Shown here: positions 55,070 to 63,565 of the stretch, one piece after another
Numbering within the stretch: position 1 is the stretch's first letter
Layout: each line of letters begins with the position of its first letter
IMG/VR virus record: IMGVR_UViG_3300021478_000029
Coordinates: 1 to 63,565 of that record
Direction: 5' to 3' (one strand)
DNA length: 63,565 bases
Origin: a virus
Lineage: Duplodnaviria; Caudoviricetes
The notes under the pieces: model-generated
What the model was told of the DNA's origin: nothing
What the model saw: the letters and a program-made list of their open reading frames with translations, nothing else
Database searches by the model: none
Program-made: the position numbers and the translations under genes

Positions 55070-56098
55070 ATGCCTGACGGCTCAATGACCGCGCATGATC
55101 TAGATGATCTATTCCGGTGGCGTGGTGAAGCTCGTGAGAGGGTCCTTGAGCTACCACGGGGCATGTCACTCAAGCAGTGGAGAGAGGCCGGGCAAATCAT
55201 AGGTGAGCTCCATCGCGGCGTCGGCTGGCTCGTCGGTGAATGGTGGCTATATGGGCCATGGGATGAGGCGGATCGTGTAGCAACCGTCACCGCGGATGGA
55301 TGGAGCGGACCCGCATTAACAACCTGCAAGCTGGCGGCGCAATGTTGCAAAACCTTTCCGAAGGCCCGACGTCGAGCCTTGGTTCCGTATTCCCATCATC
55401 TTGAGGTTCTAAGTCTCTCAACAGTTGAGGCGGACCAACTGTTAGATCAGGCGCAACAGAAAGCGTGCGAGACCGGCAATCCTCCGGCGGTGCGGGCGGT
55501 CCGCAATGAGGTCAAACGCCGCAAGCGCAAGCAACGTGAGCAAGAGCTCGCAGGCGCTACGGAAGCCGCCTCCGCGGAGCTCGGGAGTAAAGTGTTCGGC
55601 GTGGTCTATGCTGACCCGCCGTGGCGTTTTGAGCCGTATTCCCGTGACACCGGCATGGATCGTGCCGCGGACAATCACTACCCAACGGAGCCGGTTGAAC
55701 GCATCTGCGCCATGCAGGTGCCCGCGGCGGATGATGCGGTGCTCTTCCTCTGGGCCACAACGCCGATGCTACCCCAAGCGCTCACTGTTATGGAGGCGTG
55801 GGGCTTCACCTATAAATCCCATTGCGTCTGGCGGAAGGACCATGACGGGACAGGTTATTGGTTCCGCAACCGCCATGAGCTCTTGCTTGTAGGGACCCGC
55901 GGCAACGTGCCGGCGCCGGCGCCAGGTGAACAGTATTCCTCCGTGATTGAGGCCGCACTTGGCCGGCACAGTGAGAAGCCGGCCGCGTTCGCGGAAATGA
56001 TCGAAGAAATGTTCCCCAACGTCCCTGCCGTGGAGCTCTTCGCGCGCGGCCCGCGGCTTGGTTGGGCCGTGTGGGGCAATGAGGCGGTGTCGGCGTGA
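55070..56098 (+). CDS. MT-A70 family adenine methyltransferase with N-terminal extension
   Basis: YADPPW, LFLWAT, AWGFTYK, GTGYWFR..HELLLVG, HSEKP, ELFAR. Confidence 0.93.
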   Translation: MPDGSMTAHDLDDLFRWRGEARERVLELPRGMSLKQWREAGQIIGELHRGVGWLVGEWWLYGPWDEADRVATVTADGWSGPALTTCKLAAQCCKTFPKARRRALVPYSHHLEVLSLSTVEADQLLDQAQQKACETGNPPAVRAVRNEVKRRKRKQREQELAGATEAASAELGSKVFGVVYADPPWRFEPYSRDTGMDRAADNHYPTEPVERICAMQVPAADDAVLFLWATTPMLPQALTVMEAWGFTYKSHCVWRKDHDGTGYWFRNRHELLLVGTRGNVPAPAPGEQYSSVIEAALGRHSEKPAAFAEMIEEMFPNVPAVELFARGPRLGWAVWGNEAVSA

Positions 56099-56587
56099 CC
56101 CTCCCGTGGCAAGAGCCGGCAATCTGGCGCCGGCCGTCCGGGCTTGTGGCCGATGCGCCGATGGCATGCGTCGTCTGCGGTTGCACGGATGATGACTGCA
56201 CCGGATGCATTGAACGCACCGGAAAGCCGTGCTTCTGGGTCCGGGACAATCTGTGCAGCGCGTGCGCCAACCCGGACACCGCGCCACCATGACGGCCGCG
56301 GCGCGCATTGCGGGTCCGGACTGCGCCGCTCTCGCCACCTGGCAAGCGGAGCTCACCGCACAATTCACCGCGCGTCGCTGTAAGTGTGGAGCTCCCGCCA
56401 CCTGGATCAAGCCCGGGCAGGCCTATGCGCGCGAAACCGTCCCGGGCGGCTTCACCATCCGCGGCCGGGACCGTCCCGACACCGGGCGGTGTCTCACGTG
56501 CGCCTTGGTTCGACATAGGGCCTACAGTGCTAACTCAGAGGGCCTACCGGCTTCGAACCGCCTCCCGACCCGCCGGAGGATCAGCGC

Positions 56588-57421
56588 ATGACCAAGGCGC
56601 CGCGCGGCCGGCACGTCAGCGCCAAGACGACCGCGGGCAAGCTCTGCTATTGCGGTCGCGCGTTCGGCCATACCGGGCGGCACGTCAACTCTCCCGTCAA
56701 GATTGATCCTGGCGCCAGGCTTCTCGACAAGGCGCGGGCGGAAATCGACCGTCACCATGCGGCCATCGCCAAACTGAAAAGCGAGATACGCGAGCGCCAA
56801 GACGCGTTGCTCACGGTGGAGTCACGCCTCTCCCCGCTCGTGGAGTTCGTCTCCGCATGGGCGGATGTCCCCGCGCTCTCGGCGCCGAGGCTTATGGCCG
56901 CACCGCCGGCGCCGGTCGTTAACCGGGCGCCGGCGGACGTGGCGCCGCCTGGCCTTCACGTGCAACCCGTTGAGGAAAGCCGGTCAAGCCCATCAAGCGT
57001 TCCGGCAGTAGCCGCACCGGCACTCAAGTGTGACGGACCCGACGCGACACCGCTCACGGTCACTGACCCGCATGTGCCAACCGTGTCAACACGGTGCAGC
57101 ACGTGCCGGCGCTTCCGCCCGGGGATCGAGTTCATTGAGGGTATCGGCAAGTGCGCCGACTGCCGCGCCAAGGCGGGAAAGACGGCACCCGGCGCCAGCG
57201 CCTTCAGGACGGTCGTGCCGGCGGCGGCCGAGCCGGCGGACCCGGTGGAAGCCGGATTTGAGGCCGTTGCCGCATGGGCAGCACCGCGTGGGATTTCGTT
57301 ACTCAGTTGGGAGGACCTGCCGCGGGTCAACCGCAAGCGCGAGGATCTCGGATTGGCACTGTTCAAGCGGCAAATGGCAAAGGTCCGCCCGGGCCGCCTG
57401 GCCGCGGCCATGGCGCTATGA
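56588..57421 (+). CDS. Zn-finger / coiled-coil hypothetical protein
   Basis: CYCG..GHTGRH, coiled coil, CSTC...CADC. Confidence 0.65.
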   Translation: MTKAPRGRHVSAKTTAGKLCYCGRAFGHTGRHVNSPVKIDPGARLLDKARAEIDRHHAAIAKLKSEIRERQDALLTVESRLSPLVEFVSAWADVPALSAPRLMAAPPAPVVNRAPADVAPPGLHVQPVEESRSSPSSVPAVAAPALKCDGPDATPLTVTDPHVPTVSTRCSTCRRFRPGIEFIEGIGKCADCRAKAGKTAPGASAFRTVVPAAAEPADPVEAGFEAVAAWAAPRGISLLSWEDLPRVNRKREDLGLALFKRQMAKVRPGRLAAAMAL

Positions 57422-57716
57422 CGGCCTCTCCGCGGGGCGGTTATCCGCCGGGCGGCCGTGACGCCGCTGAGCAAGCCGTCAGCGGTCCTGGCGCGGCCGT
57501 TTGCGGGCTCCGCCCGTTTGCTAGTGAACGTGACCCGTTCCACGGCGCGCACCTGTTCGTTGAGGCGGGCAACCGCATTGTGGAGCTCCATTGGCACGCG
57601 TCAACGCTCACCGTGCGGACGCCGAACGGTTGCGTCCGGCTCACACCGGCCAGGGCGCGTGAGCTCGGGGAAGAGCTCCGGCGCATGGCGGACGCGGTGG
57701 AGCGGGAGGTTTTAAC

Positions 57717-57923
57717 GTGAAGCCGCGGACGCGCGCGGAGGTCACCACGATGCGCCAGGTGGAGCACCGTGGGGAGAAGCGTCGCGCCACTATCGCTGAC
57801 TACATCCGCCGTGAGCATGAGGCCGGGCGCGCCACGCCGACGGTGGCGGCCGTAGCAGCGCTCTTCGCTATGTCGCCGCTCCGCGTGGCGTTCCATTACC
57901 GCGCGCTCGGACTGCCGTCATGA
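57717..57923 (+). CDS. Small HTH-like protein
   Basis: IADYI...PTVAAVAALFAMS...VAFHY resembles a LexA-type HTH. Confidence 0.55.
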   Translation: MKPRTRAEVTTMRQVEHRGEKRRATIADYIRREHEAGRATPTVAAVAALFAMSPLRVAFHYRALGLPS

Positions 57924-58210
57924 GCGGCCAGGACGCGGAAGAGGCCAAGATTGCGGACGCCATGGAGCTCTACAACTTGTTGCAGATGGCATGCGCCGGC
58001 TTAGAGCCGGACGTTGCGCTCTGTGCTCATGGTGAGAGCCTTGGCGCCATCATCGCCTTTGCATCGAACACTCTCGCGGACGCGGACGCCACAATCGACA
58101 AATGTCCGCAACAGTTGCGGCGCGTCGTGCGTGAACGATGGGGTGAAAGCCGCACGGCTCGCGCCGCCGCAGTGCACGTCAGCAGTCCGGCGGCCGGGAG
58201 GCCGAACTGA
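57920..58210 (+). CDS. Hypothetical protein
   Basis: 96 aa, ATGA coupling. Confidence 0.6.
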   Translation: MSGQDAEEAKIADAMELYNLLQMACAGLEPDVALCAHGESLGAIIAFASNTLADADATIDKCPQQLRRVVRERWGESRTARAAAVHVSSPAAGRPN

Positions 58211-58211
58211 C

Positions 58212-58703
58212 ATGCCATTGGTTCAATCCATCCTCCGTGATCCGGTTGCGCCGTCCGTGGCAACGTCAACGCCGGCGTCACGCATCCATTGGATCAGAGA
58301 GTGTCACCGCCTCTATGCGCGGGACCTCGCGGTGGAGCACCTGCTCGCGCCACGGGACCCGGAATTACTCACCTGTAGAACGGAGGCCTTCACCGCCGCC
58401 CTTGGTTTCGGGGAGCAATGCCAGGCGACGGACCATGAAATCATCATGGCGGCTGACGCTGAATGGGCAGACGCCATGCGCGCCGCAACGGAGGGCGTTG
58501 AATTGGTGCGCCGGTGCACCTGGCGCTTGTGCGCCTCCGGCATGCCGGCGGAGGCCATCCGCAGAGCGGCGGAGGACGCTTGTGAGCGCCGCGGCATTTG
58601 GATTGTGGAGGAATTGCTCGCGCCATTGCTGACTTCAGTTTGGAAAGCCGCACAACCGCGGCGACGTGGAAAATTGGGGGTGAGTTATGGCCGCTCCGCC
58701 TGA
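58212..58703 (+). CDS. Hypothetical protein upstream of the helicase
   Basis: ATG 58212 with GGAGG SD. Confidence 0.6.
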   Translation: MPLVQSILRDPVAPSVATSTPASRIHWIRECHRLYARDLAVEHLLAPRDPELLTCRTEAFTAALGFGEQCQATDHEIIMAADAEWADAMRAATEGVELVRRCTWRLCASGMPAEAIRRAAEDACERRGIWIVEELLAPLLTSVWKAAQPRRRGKLGVSYGRSA

Positions 58704-59916
58704 TTTCACGACCAAGCCCGGACGCATCGAAAGCAAAGAGCAAGCGCACCTTGAGGTTGTCCATCCGCCGGGACCGTTCCGCTTGCAGGCGGCGCACATG
58801 AAGGACCCGCGTGACATTCCGCCGCGTGATTGGATTTACGGCACGCACCTCGTGCGAAACTACGTCACGTTGCTTGTGGCCGCCGGTGGGACTGGCAAAT
58901 CCTCACTCGTGCTCGCGCTCTGTGTTTCCATAGCAATCAACCGGCCGTTGCTCGGCGTCAAAATCCACGAACAATGCAACACGGCATTATTGAACCTTGA
59001 GGACCCGGAGGAAGAGGTCGATCGCAGGCTCGCGGCGCTCGGCAAGTATTACAACGTCAATGACACTGACCTGGCCGGGCGGTTCTTTATGTCCCCGGCG
59101 GATCAGACAGTGACCATAGCCTCTGCGTCCGAGGACGGCTTTGAGGTCATTCACCCGGACCAGAACGCCATCATTGACCGCGTGTTGCGGGAGAATATTG
59201 GCGTCCTCGCGGTTGATCCGTTCGCGGAGTCTCACTCGTTGGAAGAGAACAGCAATCCACAAATGGTCAAAGCGGCGGCGGCCTGGCGGCGCGTGGCCAG
59301 GCTCGGCAACTGCGCCGTCCTCCTATGCCATCACGTCCGCAAGGGCGTCATCGAGTCGATTGAGGCCGCGCGCGGCGCCAAGGCGCTGTCCGATAGCGCT
59401 CGCGTCGGCCTGTTGCTGACGCCAATGGTGGAGGCGGAGGCCGAAGGCCTCGGCATCCCGGCGGACGAGCGCTTGTCCTACGTGAGGCTGGATGACGCCA
59501 AGGCGAATTTGGCGCCGCGGGCCGGGACCGCTTCATGGTTCCACCTCAACACCGTCGCCTTGGACAATGGCACCGAGAAGCATCCTCACGGGGACAGCGT
59601 CGGCGTCATTGAGCGATGGCGCCCGGAATCCCCCCTAGAAAACCTCTCAACCGCTGATTGCAACCTGGCGCTCGACCGGATCGCGGCAGGCATGGAGAAC
59701 GGTGATGCATACACATGGGCGAAACAATCAAAGCGTTGGGGCGGCCGTGTCCTCTGCGACTTGTTCGGTAAGACGGACGGCCAGGCGGCGGAAATCATCC
59801 GCATCTGGCTCGCCAACAAGGTGCTCTTTCAGGACCGGAAATGGACCGGATCACGCAACAGTCGCGGGGCGCTCCGGGTCAATGAGGTCAACCGGCCGGG
59901 CACCTCCTACGACTAG
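58687..59916 (+). CDS. RepA/AAA_25-type SF4 replicative helicase
   Basis: AAGGTGKS, NLEDP, VLAVDPF, LCHHVRK, ARGAKALSDSAR. Confidence 0.9.
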   Translation: MAAPPDFTTKPGRIESKEQAHLEVVHPPGPFRLQAAHMKDPRDIPPRDWIYGTHLVRNYVTLLVAAGGTGKSSLVLALCVSIAINRPLLGVKIHEQCNTALLNLEDPEEEVDRRLAALGKYYNVNDTDLAGRFFMSPADQTVTIASASEDGFEVIHPDQNAIIDRVLRENIGVLAVDPFAESHSLEENSNPQMVKAAAAWRRVARLGNCAVLLCHHVRKGVIESIEAARGAKALSDSARVGLLLTPMVEAEAEGLGIPADERLSYVRLDDAKANLAPRAGTASWFHLNTVALDNGTEKHPHGDSVGVIERWRPESPLENLSTADCNLALDRIAAGMENGDAYTWAKQSKRWGGRVLCDLFGKTDGQAAEIIRIWLANKVLFQDRKWTGSRNSRGALRVNEVNRPGTSYD

Positions 59917-60080
59917 GGAGACTGACGAAAAGAATGACGATGGACTGACGATTTGCCCGGGAAACAGCCCCGGCGGAGGGGTTCTTCGTCAGTCTATGGC
60001 CGTAAAGGCCATTGAGACTGACGAAAGACTCCACCTCGAAGCCGCAGACTGACGACTGAGACTGACGAACACTGACGATG
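59917..60080. repeat. Iteron cluster, probable replication origin
   Basis: ACTGACGA at 59921, 59944, 60017, 60048, 60061 and 60071, an inverted copy near 59986 and a degenerate copy near 59934. Confidence 0.75.
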
Positions 60081-60091
60081 GAGGGGCGGCA

Positions 60092-60556
60092 ATGGTAACG
60101 CCTAGCGGATGGCACGAGGACGCTCTCCGGCGGGATGCCGGGCATGATGCAATGCACCTGGCGGTGTGGCGGTTCCATTCGATCCCGGACAGTTACGGGT
60201 CATGGACCCGGGATGTTCATTTTGAGTGGCCTGTCTTGGCCCTCCGTGGCGGAATACGGGCGTTCGCGGACATCGCTGAAATCTATTGGTCGGGAGCTCC
60301 GCCGCCCGGACGGTCCTATAAACAGTGGGTTCGTGTTTACCTCTATGAAATCAAGCCTACTGTTAGCACGGTCGGCGGCATCGTGCGCCAGTGTGCCGCC
60401 TTGGAAGCCGCCGCAACTCCCTATGTGCGGAGATTGAATGGCCGCGTAGAGCTCTCCGTAATGCCAGTCATCCCGCATGATAACGGGATGCTCAGGGAGC
60501 TCTTGGAAGTCATCGACTGCTACCGTTGGGATAAAGACGCCGGGCGGTTGCTATGA
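60092..60556 (+). CDS. PD-(D/E)xK-like protein
   Basis: FEWPV...FADIA...LYEIKP...GGIVRQ. Confidence 0.6.
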   Translation: MVTPSGWHEDALRRDAGHDAMHLAVWRFHSIPDSYGSWTRDVHFEWPVLALRGGIRAFADIAEIYWSGAPPPGRSYKQWVRVYLYEIKPTVSTVGGIVRQCAALEAAATPYVRRLNGRVELSVMPVIPHDNGMLRELLEVIDCYRWDKDAGRLL

Positions 60557-60822
60557 TGTCCTGGGATCGCCGGCAGGCTCAGCGGGGCGCGAACATGGTG
60601 GTCATGCGTCCGCCGCCGGAGCACGTCCCGGATCAAGGCTGGCACCGCCTCCGGACCCATCTCGGGGAGCGCGTGCTTCTGTGGCATCCCGGGATTGACG
60701 TCTGGAAGGACCGGGATGGCCAACGATGGACGGCGGAGTTCGCCGGCGATCTGAAGTGGCAATGGCTCAGCCTGGCGGAGCCGCCGGCCGCCGCAACCTT
60801 GCCGAGAGCTCGTGCGCCATGA
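60553..60822 (+). CDS. Trp-rich hypothetical protein
   Basis: 89 aa, overlap-coupled. Confidence 0.55.
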   Translation: MMSWDRRQAQRGANMVVMRPPPEHVPDQGWHRLRTHLGERVLLWHPGIDVWKDRDGQRWTAEFAGDLKWQWLSLAEPPAAATLPRARAP

Positions 60823-61009
60823 CCGCCGGCCGGGACCATGAATGGATAGAGGTCGGGCTCCGGCGGTGGTGCACCGGATGCGACGCTTTCCAGGTGCGTC
60901 GCGCTCATGGCGAGTGGACGCCACGGTTCGGTGAGGATTGTCCGTGCTCAACGCCGCGTGCGAAGCGGCGCGTCAATGGCGCGGAGCCGGAGCCGGCGAA
61001 GGCCGGACC

Positions 61010-61159
61010 ATGACCCGATGCCGCAAAGGGCACGCGCTGCACCGGAAAAACACGGTTGAGGTCCGGCATTCACGGACGGGCAAGCGCTGGCGCCGTTGCT
61101 TGATCTGTCACGCGGAACGCCAACGGCAATTCCGCGCGCGGCGTCGGGTGTCACTATGA
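61010..61159 (+). CDS. Small Zn-binding protein (CxxGH...CxxC)
   Basis: CRKGHAL..KNT...RRCLICH, similar to the C-terminal motif of phage HNH proteins. Confidence 0.6.
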   Translation: MTRCRKGHALHRKNTVEVRHSRTGKRWRRCLICHAERQRQFRARRRVSL

Positions 61160-61336
61160 CCCGCCCGGAGCTCATTGCCGCCTATCACCAGGCGCTCAAG
61201 GGTGCGATGGAAGCCAAACATGATGACGCGGCTTTCGTGCTTGGCGTCCGGCTCCGGAGCCTTGAGCTCGGCCTCGGTGCTGAACCATCGGGTGAACAAC
61301 CTGGTGGGAAGCCTGCCACCATCACGGAGCCTGCCC

Positions 61337-61600
61337 ATGACTGAGGACATGACCGTGCACATTGCGCGCCTTGAGCCGGCGCCAGGCGCGATCGGGCTCT
61401 ACATCATGCACAGCAGTAGGCTGGTCTCCGCGGAAACCGCGGCTCACTTCAGGCGTGCGTGGCAAGCCGCGTGGGAAAGTGCCGGCCGCCAGGCGCCCGG
61501 GCTCTTAATCATGGATAGCAGCCTGACCATCGAGACGCTGGCGGACGGGGACCTGAAGGAGCTTGGCCTCATGCGTATTCCCGGGGACGGCACGCCGTGA
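61337..61600 (+). CDS. Hypothetical protein
   Basis: ATG 61337 with GGAG SD. Confidence 0.55.
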   Translation: MTEDMTVHIARLEPAPGAIGLYIMHSSRLVSAETAAHFRRAWQAAWESAGRQAPGLLIMDSSLTIETLADGDLKELGLMRIPGDGTP

Positions 61601-62505
61601 CGGAGTTTCGAACCGTTGTCACGCTCCGGGCACGCTTCCTTGACGGTACGCCCGAGGTCGGCGCGTTCATGGCCGCTGGCCAGGCCAATCGGCCGATGTT
61701 CTACCGGATCGTCCAGGTTGTTCGGCTGACCCGGGTCGGCTCCCCGGCGCAATCCCGCTTCAGGCTCATTTGCGCGCGCGTGACGGCCGCGGAGCTCCCG
61801 GACGGCGCGGTAGTGCATGCGTGGCGTTGGGATCGTCTGACACCGCCTCCACGGCCTGCCACGGCGGAGCCGTCGCCAGAGTCCCGCCCGGCTCCGATGA
61901 AGGCGGTCCCGTCGGCCGCCAGGTCCCGCCGGCTTGTAAAGCGCACGGTGAGCTCGGCCAGGCACAACCGGGATTGGTCGGGCGTTGACTTTGGGCCGTC
62001 CCTCCGCCGCCGTCCCGTTCGAGACCATAAGGGCAAAATCATCCGAACTCCGGACGTGGAGCTCACTGAAGGTCCGGACCCGGCAAGCCCGAACCGCCGC
62101 ATTCGACGCGCCGTCCGTGCGGACCCGTTGACCGCACTGTTGCGCGCCGGCTCCATTACCGGGGACGAAGTAGAGGCGGCGGAAATCCTCCGTGCACACT
62201 TGGAGCGCTTGTCGCCAACCATGGTCGGCGCGCCAGAGGCCGTGGGGCATGTCAATTGGTTCAACCGCCACGCCATCACGGAGATTCAGATCAAGGCCGC
62301 TGGGTTCGTGCGTCGTGCAGCGGCCAATCTTGGTGAGCTTTGGTGGCCGGTTCTATGGGTCTGCTACGGCGGCACAGTGACCGGCATGGCCGCGAAGCGA
62401 CACGTCCGGGAGGCAACCGCAAGGGCCGCAGTCCAGGATGGATTGAAGGCACTGGCGGATCATGTGGAGGGTCGGCGCCGGCCAGTCTCATCACATGCCG
62501 CTTGA
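61597..62505 (+). CDS. Late regulator / antiterminator Q-like protein (DUF6456-like C-terminus)
   Basis: DPLTALLRAGSIT...AAEIL...VLWVCYG...LKALADH; last gene of the rightward early operon. Confidence 0.65.
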   Translation: MTEFRTVVTLRARFLDGTPEVGAFMAAGQANRPMFYRIVQVVRLTRVGSPAQSRFRLICARVTAAELPDGAVVHAWRWDRLTPPPRPATAEPSPESRPAPMKAVPSAARSRRLVKRTVSSARHNRDWSGVDFGPSLRRRPVRDHKGKIIRTPDVELTEGPDPASPNRRIRRAVRADPLTALLRAGSITGDEVEAAEILRAHLERLSPTMVGAPEAVGHVNWFNRHAITEIQIKAAGFVRRAAANLGELWWPVLWVCYGGTVTGMAAKRHVREATARAAVQDGLKALADHVEGRRRPVSSHAA

Positions 62506-62581
62506 CACGCGGGCCGGTGTTGCGTCACAAAAACCTATCACTGGCTCATTGCGAGCACCCGAATCCTTAGCATCCAATTTG

Positions 62582-62824
62582 TCAGTGGTCAGTGAAATAG
62601 CACCGCCGGACGATCGGGCTGGCGCCGGAGTGCCAGTAAGCCGTCTCGTTCTGGCACTGTATGCCGCCGGGCGCACTCTCCACCGTCACAGTGTAAGGCG
62701 CTTCGCCCGGGTGAAGGTCCTGCCAGGTGGGCAGCGTCGCGAACTGGTAGCCACGGTCGGGAGTTCCGGCGCAAGCCGCCAGAAACCCCGCGCTCAGCAG
62801 GGCGGCAAATGTCATCAGTTTCAT
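62582..62824 (-). CDS. Lipoprotein (moron-like)
   Basis: MKLMTFAALLSAGFLAA-C lipobox; opposite strand to its neighbours. Confidence 0.7.
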   Translation of the reverse strand: MKLMTFAALLSAGFLAACAGTPDRGYQFATLPTWQDLHPGEAPYTVTVESAPGGIQCQNETAYWHSGASPIVRRCYFTDH

Positions 62825-62887
62825 GGTCCGCGTCCATAATGTTGCAGTGCGACATTATACGCGCAACCTGTAACGAAGTCATTGTTT

Positions 62888-63202
62888 ATGCCTAACCGTC
62901 CGCCTCTGCACGCTCCACCGTGGGCCGCCACCGTGCGCCAGGTAGCAGCACGGGAGCGCAATCAGCGTCGCCTCCCGTCCAACGAACGCGGCTATGACTG
63001 GGCCTGGCGCAAGTTCCGGATCGGCTATCTGTCAGCGCATCCGTTGTGCATGGACTGTGCAGAGCAAGGCATCACACGGCCAGCCACGGAGCCGCATCAC
63101 ATCCTCAAGGTGGCGGATCATCCTGACCTACGAATGGTTGAGCGCAATCTACGTGCACTCTGTCATGACTGCCACGCTATACGCACGGGCAAGGGTGAGT
63201 GA
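62888..63202 (+). CDS. Packaging-associated HNH endonuclease (HK97 gp74-like)
   Basis: RGYDWAWRK.R..YL..HPLCMDC...HHI...NLRALCHDCH. Confidence 0.9.
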   Translation: MPNRPPLHAPPWAATVRQVAARERNQRRLPSNERGYDWAWRKFRIGYLSAHPLCMDCAEQGITRPATEPHHILKVADHPDLRMVERNLRALCHDCHAIRTGKGE

Positions 63203-63519
63203 GCCGTCATGTTCGTAACCATTGGTCTCGCCGCTCTGGTCGCGTTCCTCGTTGGCGTTGGCGCTGGCTTCGCCTTTGGCGTGTTTATGGCTGGCTTGGA
63301 CAATGAGCCAATCCTTTGATGCGCGTTGAGCGCCAGGCGTTGCTGCGTGCAGCGCGTGCAATGCAGGCGGCAACACGATTGCTGCGGTGTGGTCGATCTG
63401 AGGATGCGCTTGTGACGCTGGTCAATGCTCACTGGATCGCGCGGGATGATGCGCGTGAGCTCTGGCGTCGGGAGCGGCAGGGGGCACCGGCCTGTGACGC
63501 GTCACGAGGGCCGTCAGTC

Positions 63520-63565
63520 ACCCCATAGGGGGGCCTCAAAGGATCGGAAACGAGTTTCCGCAACA
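63520..63565. other. Probable cos-proximal sequence
   Basis: GGGGGGCCTCAAA downstream of the gp74-like HNH, where cos lies in HK97-like phages. Confidence 0.4.

Larger units (their letters stand above)
1..63565. mobile_element. Tailed phage genome (HK97-type head, Mu-like contractile tail), probably temperate and probably complete
   Basis: Full head, tail, baseplate, lysis, repressor/Cro, replication and packaging-HNH modules; no host housekeeping genes at either end. Confidence 0.95.

Overview
The window appears to be an essentially complete ~63.6 kb high-GC tailed phage genome, probably infecting an alphaproteobacterium (Acetobacteraceae-like by gene content; inference), and probably opened at or near its cos end. 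Order: (1) 0-10.9 kb accessory block of small genes plus a methyltransferase / PAPS-reductase-like / DNA methyltransferase / ParB-like cluster; (2) HK97-type head genes (terS, terL, portal, HNH insertion, protease, capsid, connectors); (3) Mu-like contractile tail and baseplate; (4) two duplicated modules of signal-peptide-bearing proteins with SGNH and GH5 enzymes; (5) a single-domain response regulator and lysis genes (spanin-like pair, GH108 endolysin), then a structured non-coding segment and terminator; (6) leftward early genes (Rep-like wHTH, RHH-like, AAA ATPase, RecE-like exonuclease); (7) double-HTH repressor / Cro switch; (8) rightward GapR-like, nuclease, MT-A70 and helicase genes, an iteron origin, a Q-like regulator and a packaging HNH. 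I recognised no integrase, tRNA, rRNA or CRISPR array. The most striking unexplained structure is a left-end regulon: five sigma70-like promoters each with the same ATACCAAC-N5-(G/A)TTGGTAT operator between -35 and -10, six copies of a conserved RNA hairpin 16-21 nt upstream of start codons, and a small HTH gene carrying one of those hairpins. All family assignments are from motif recognition by eye; no database searches were run.
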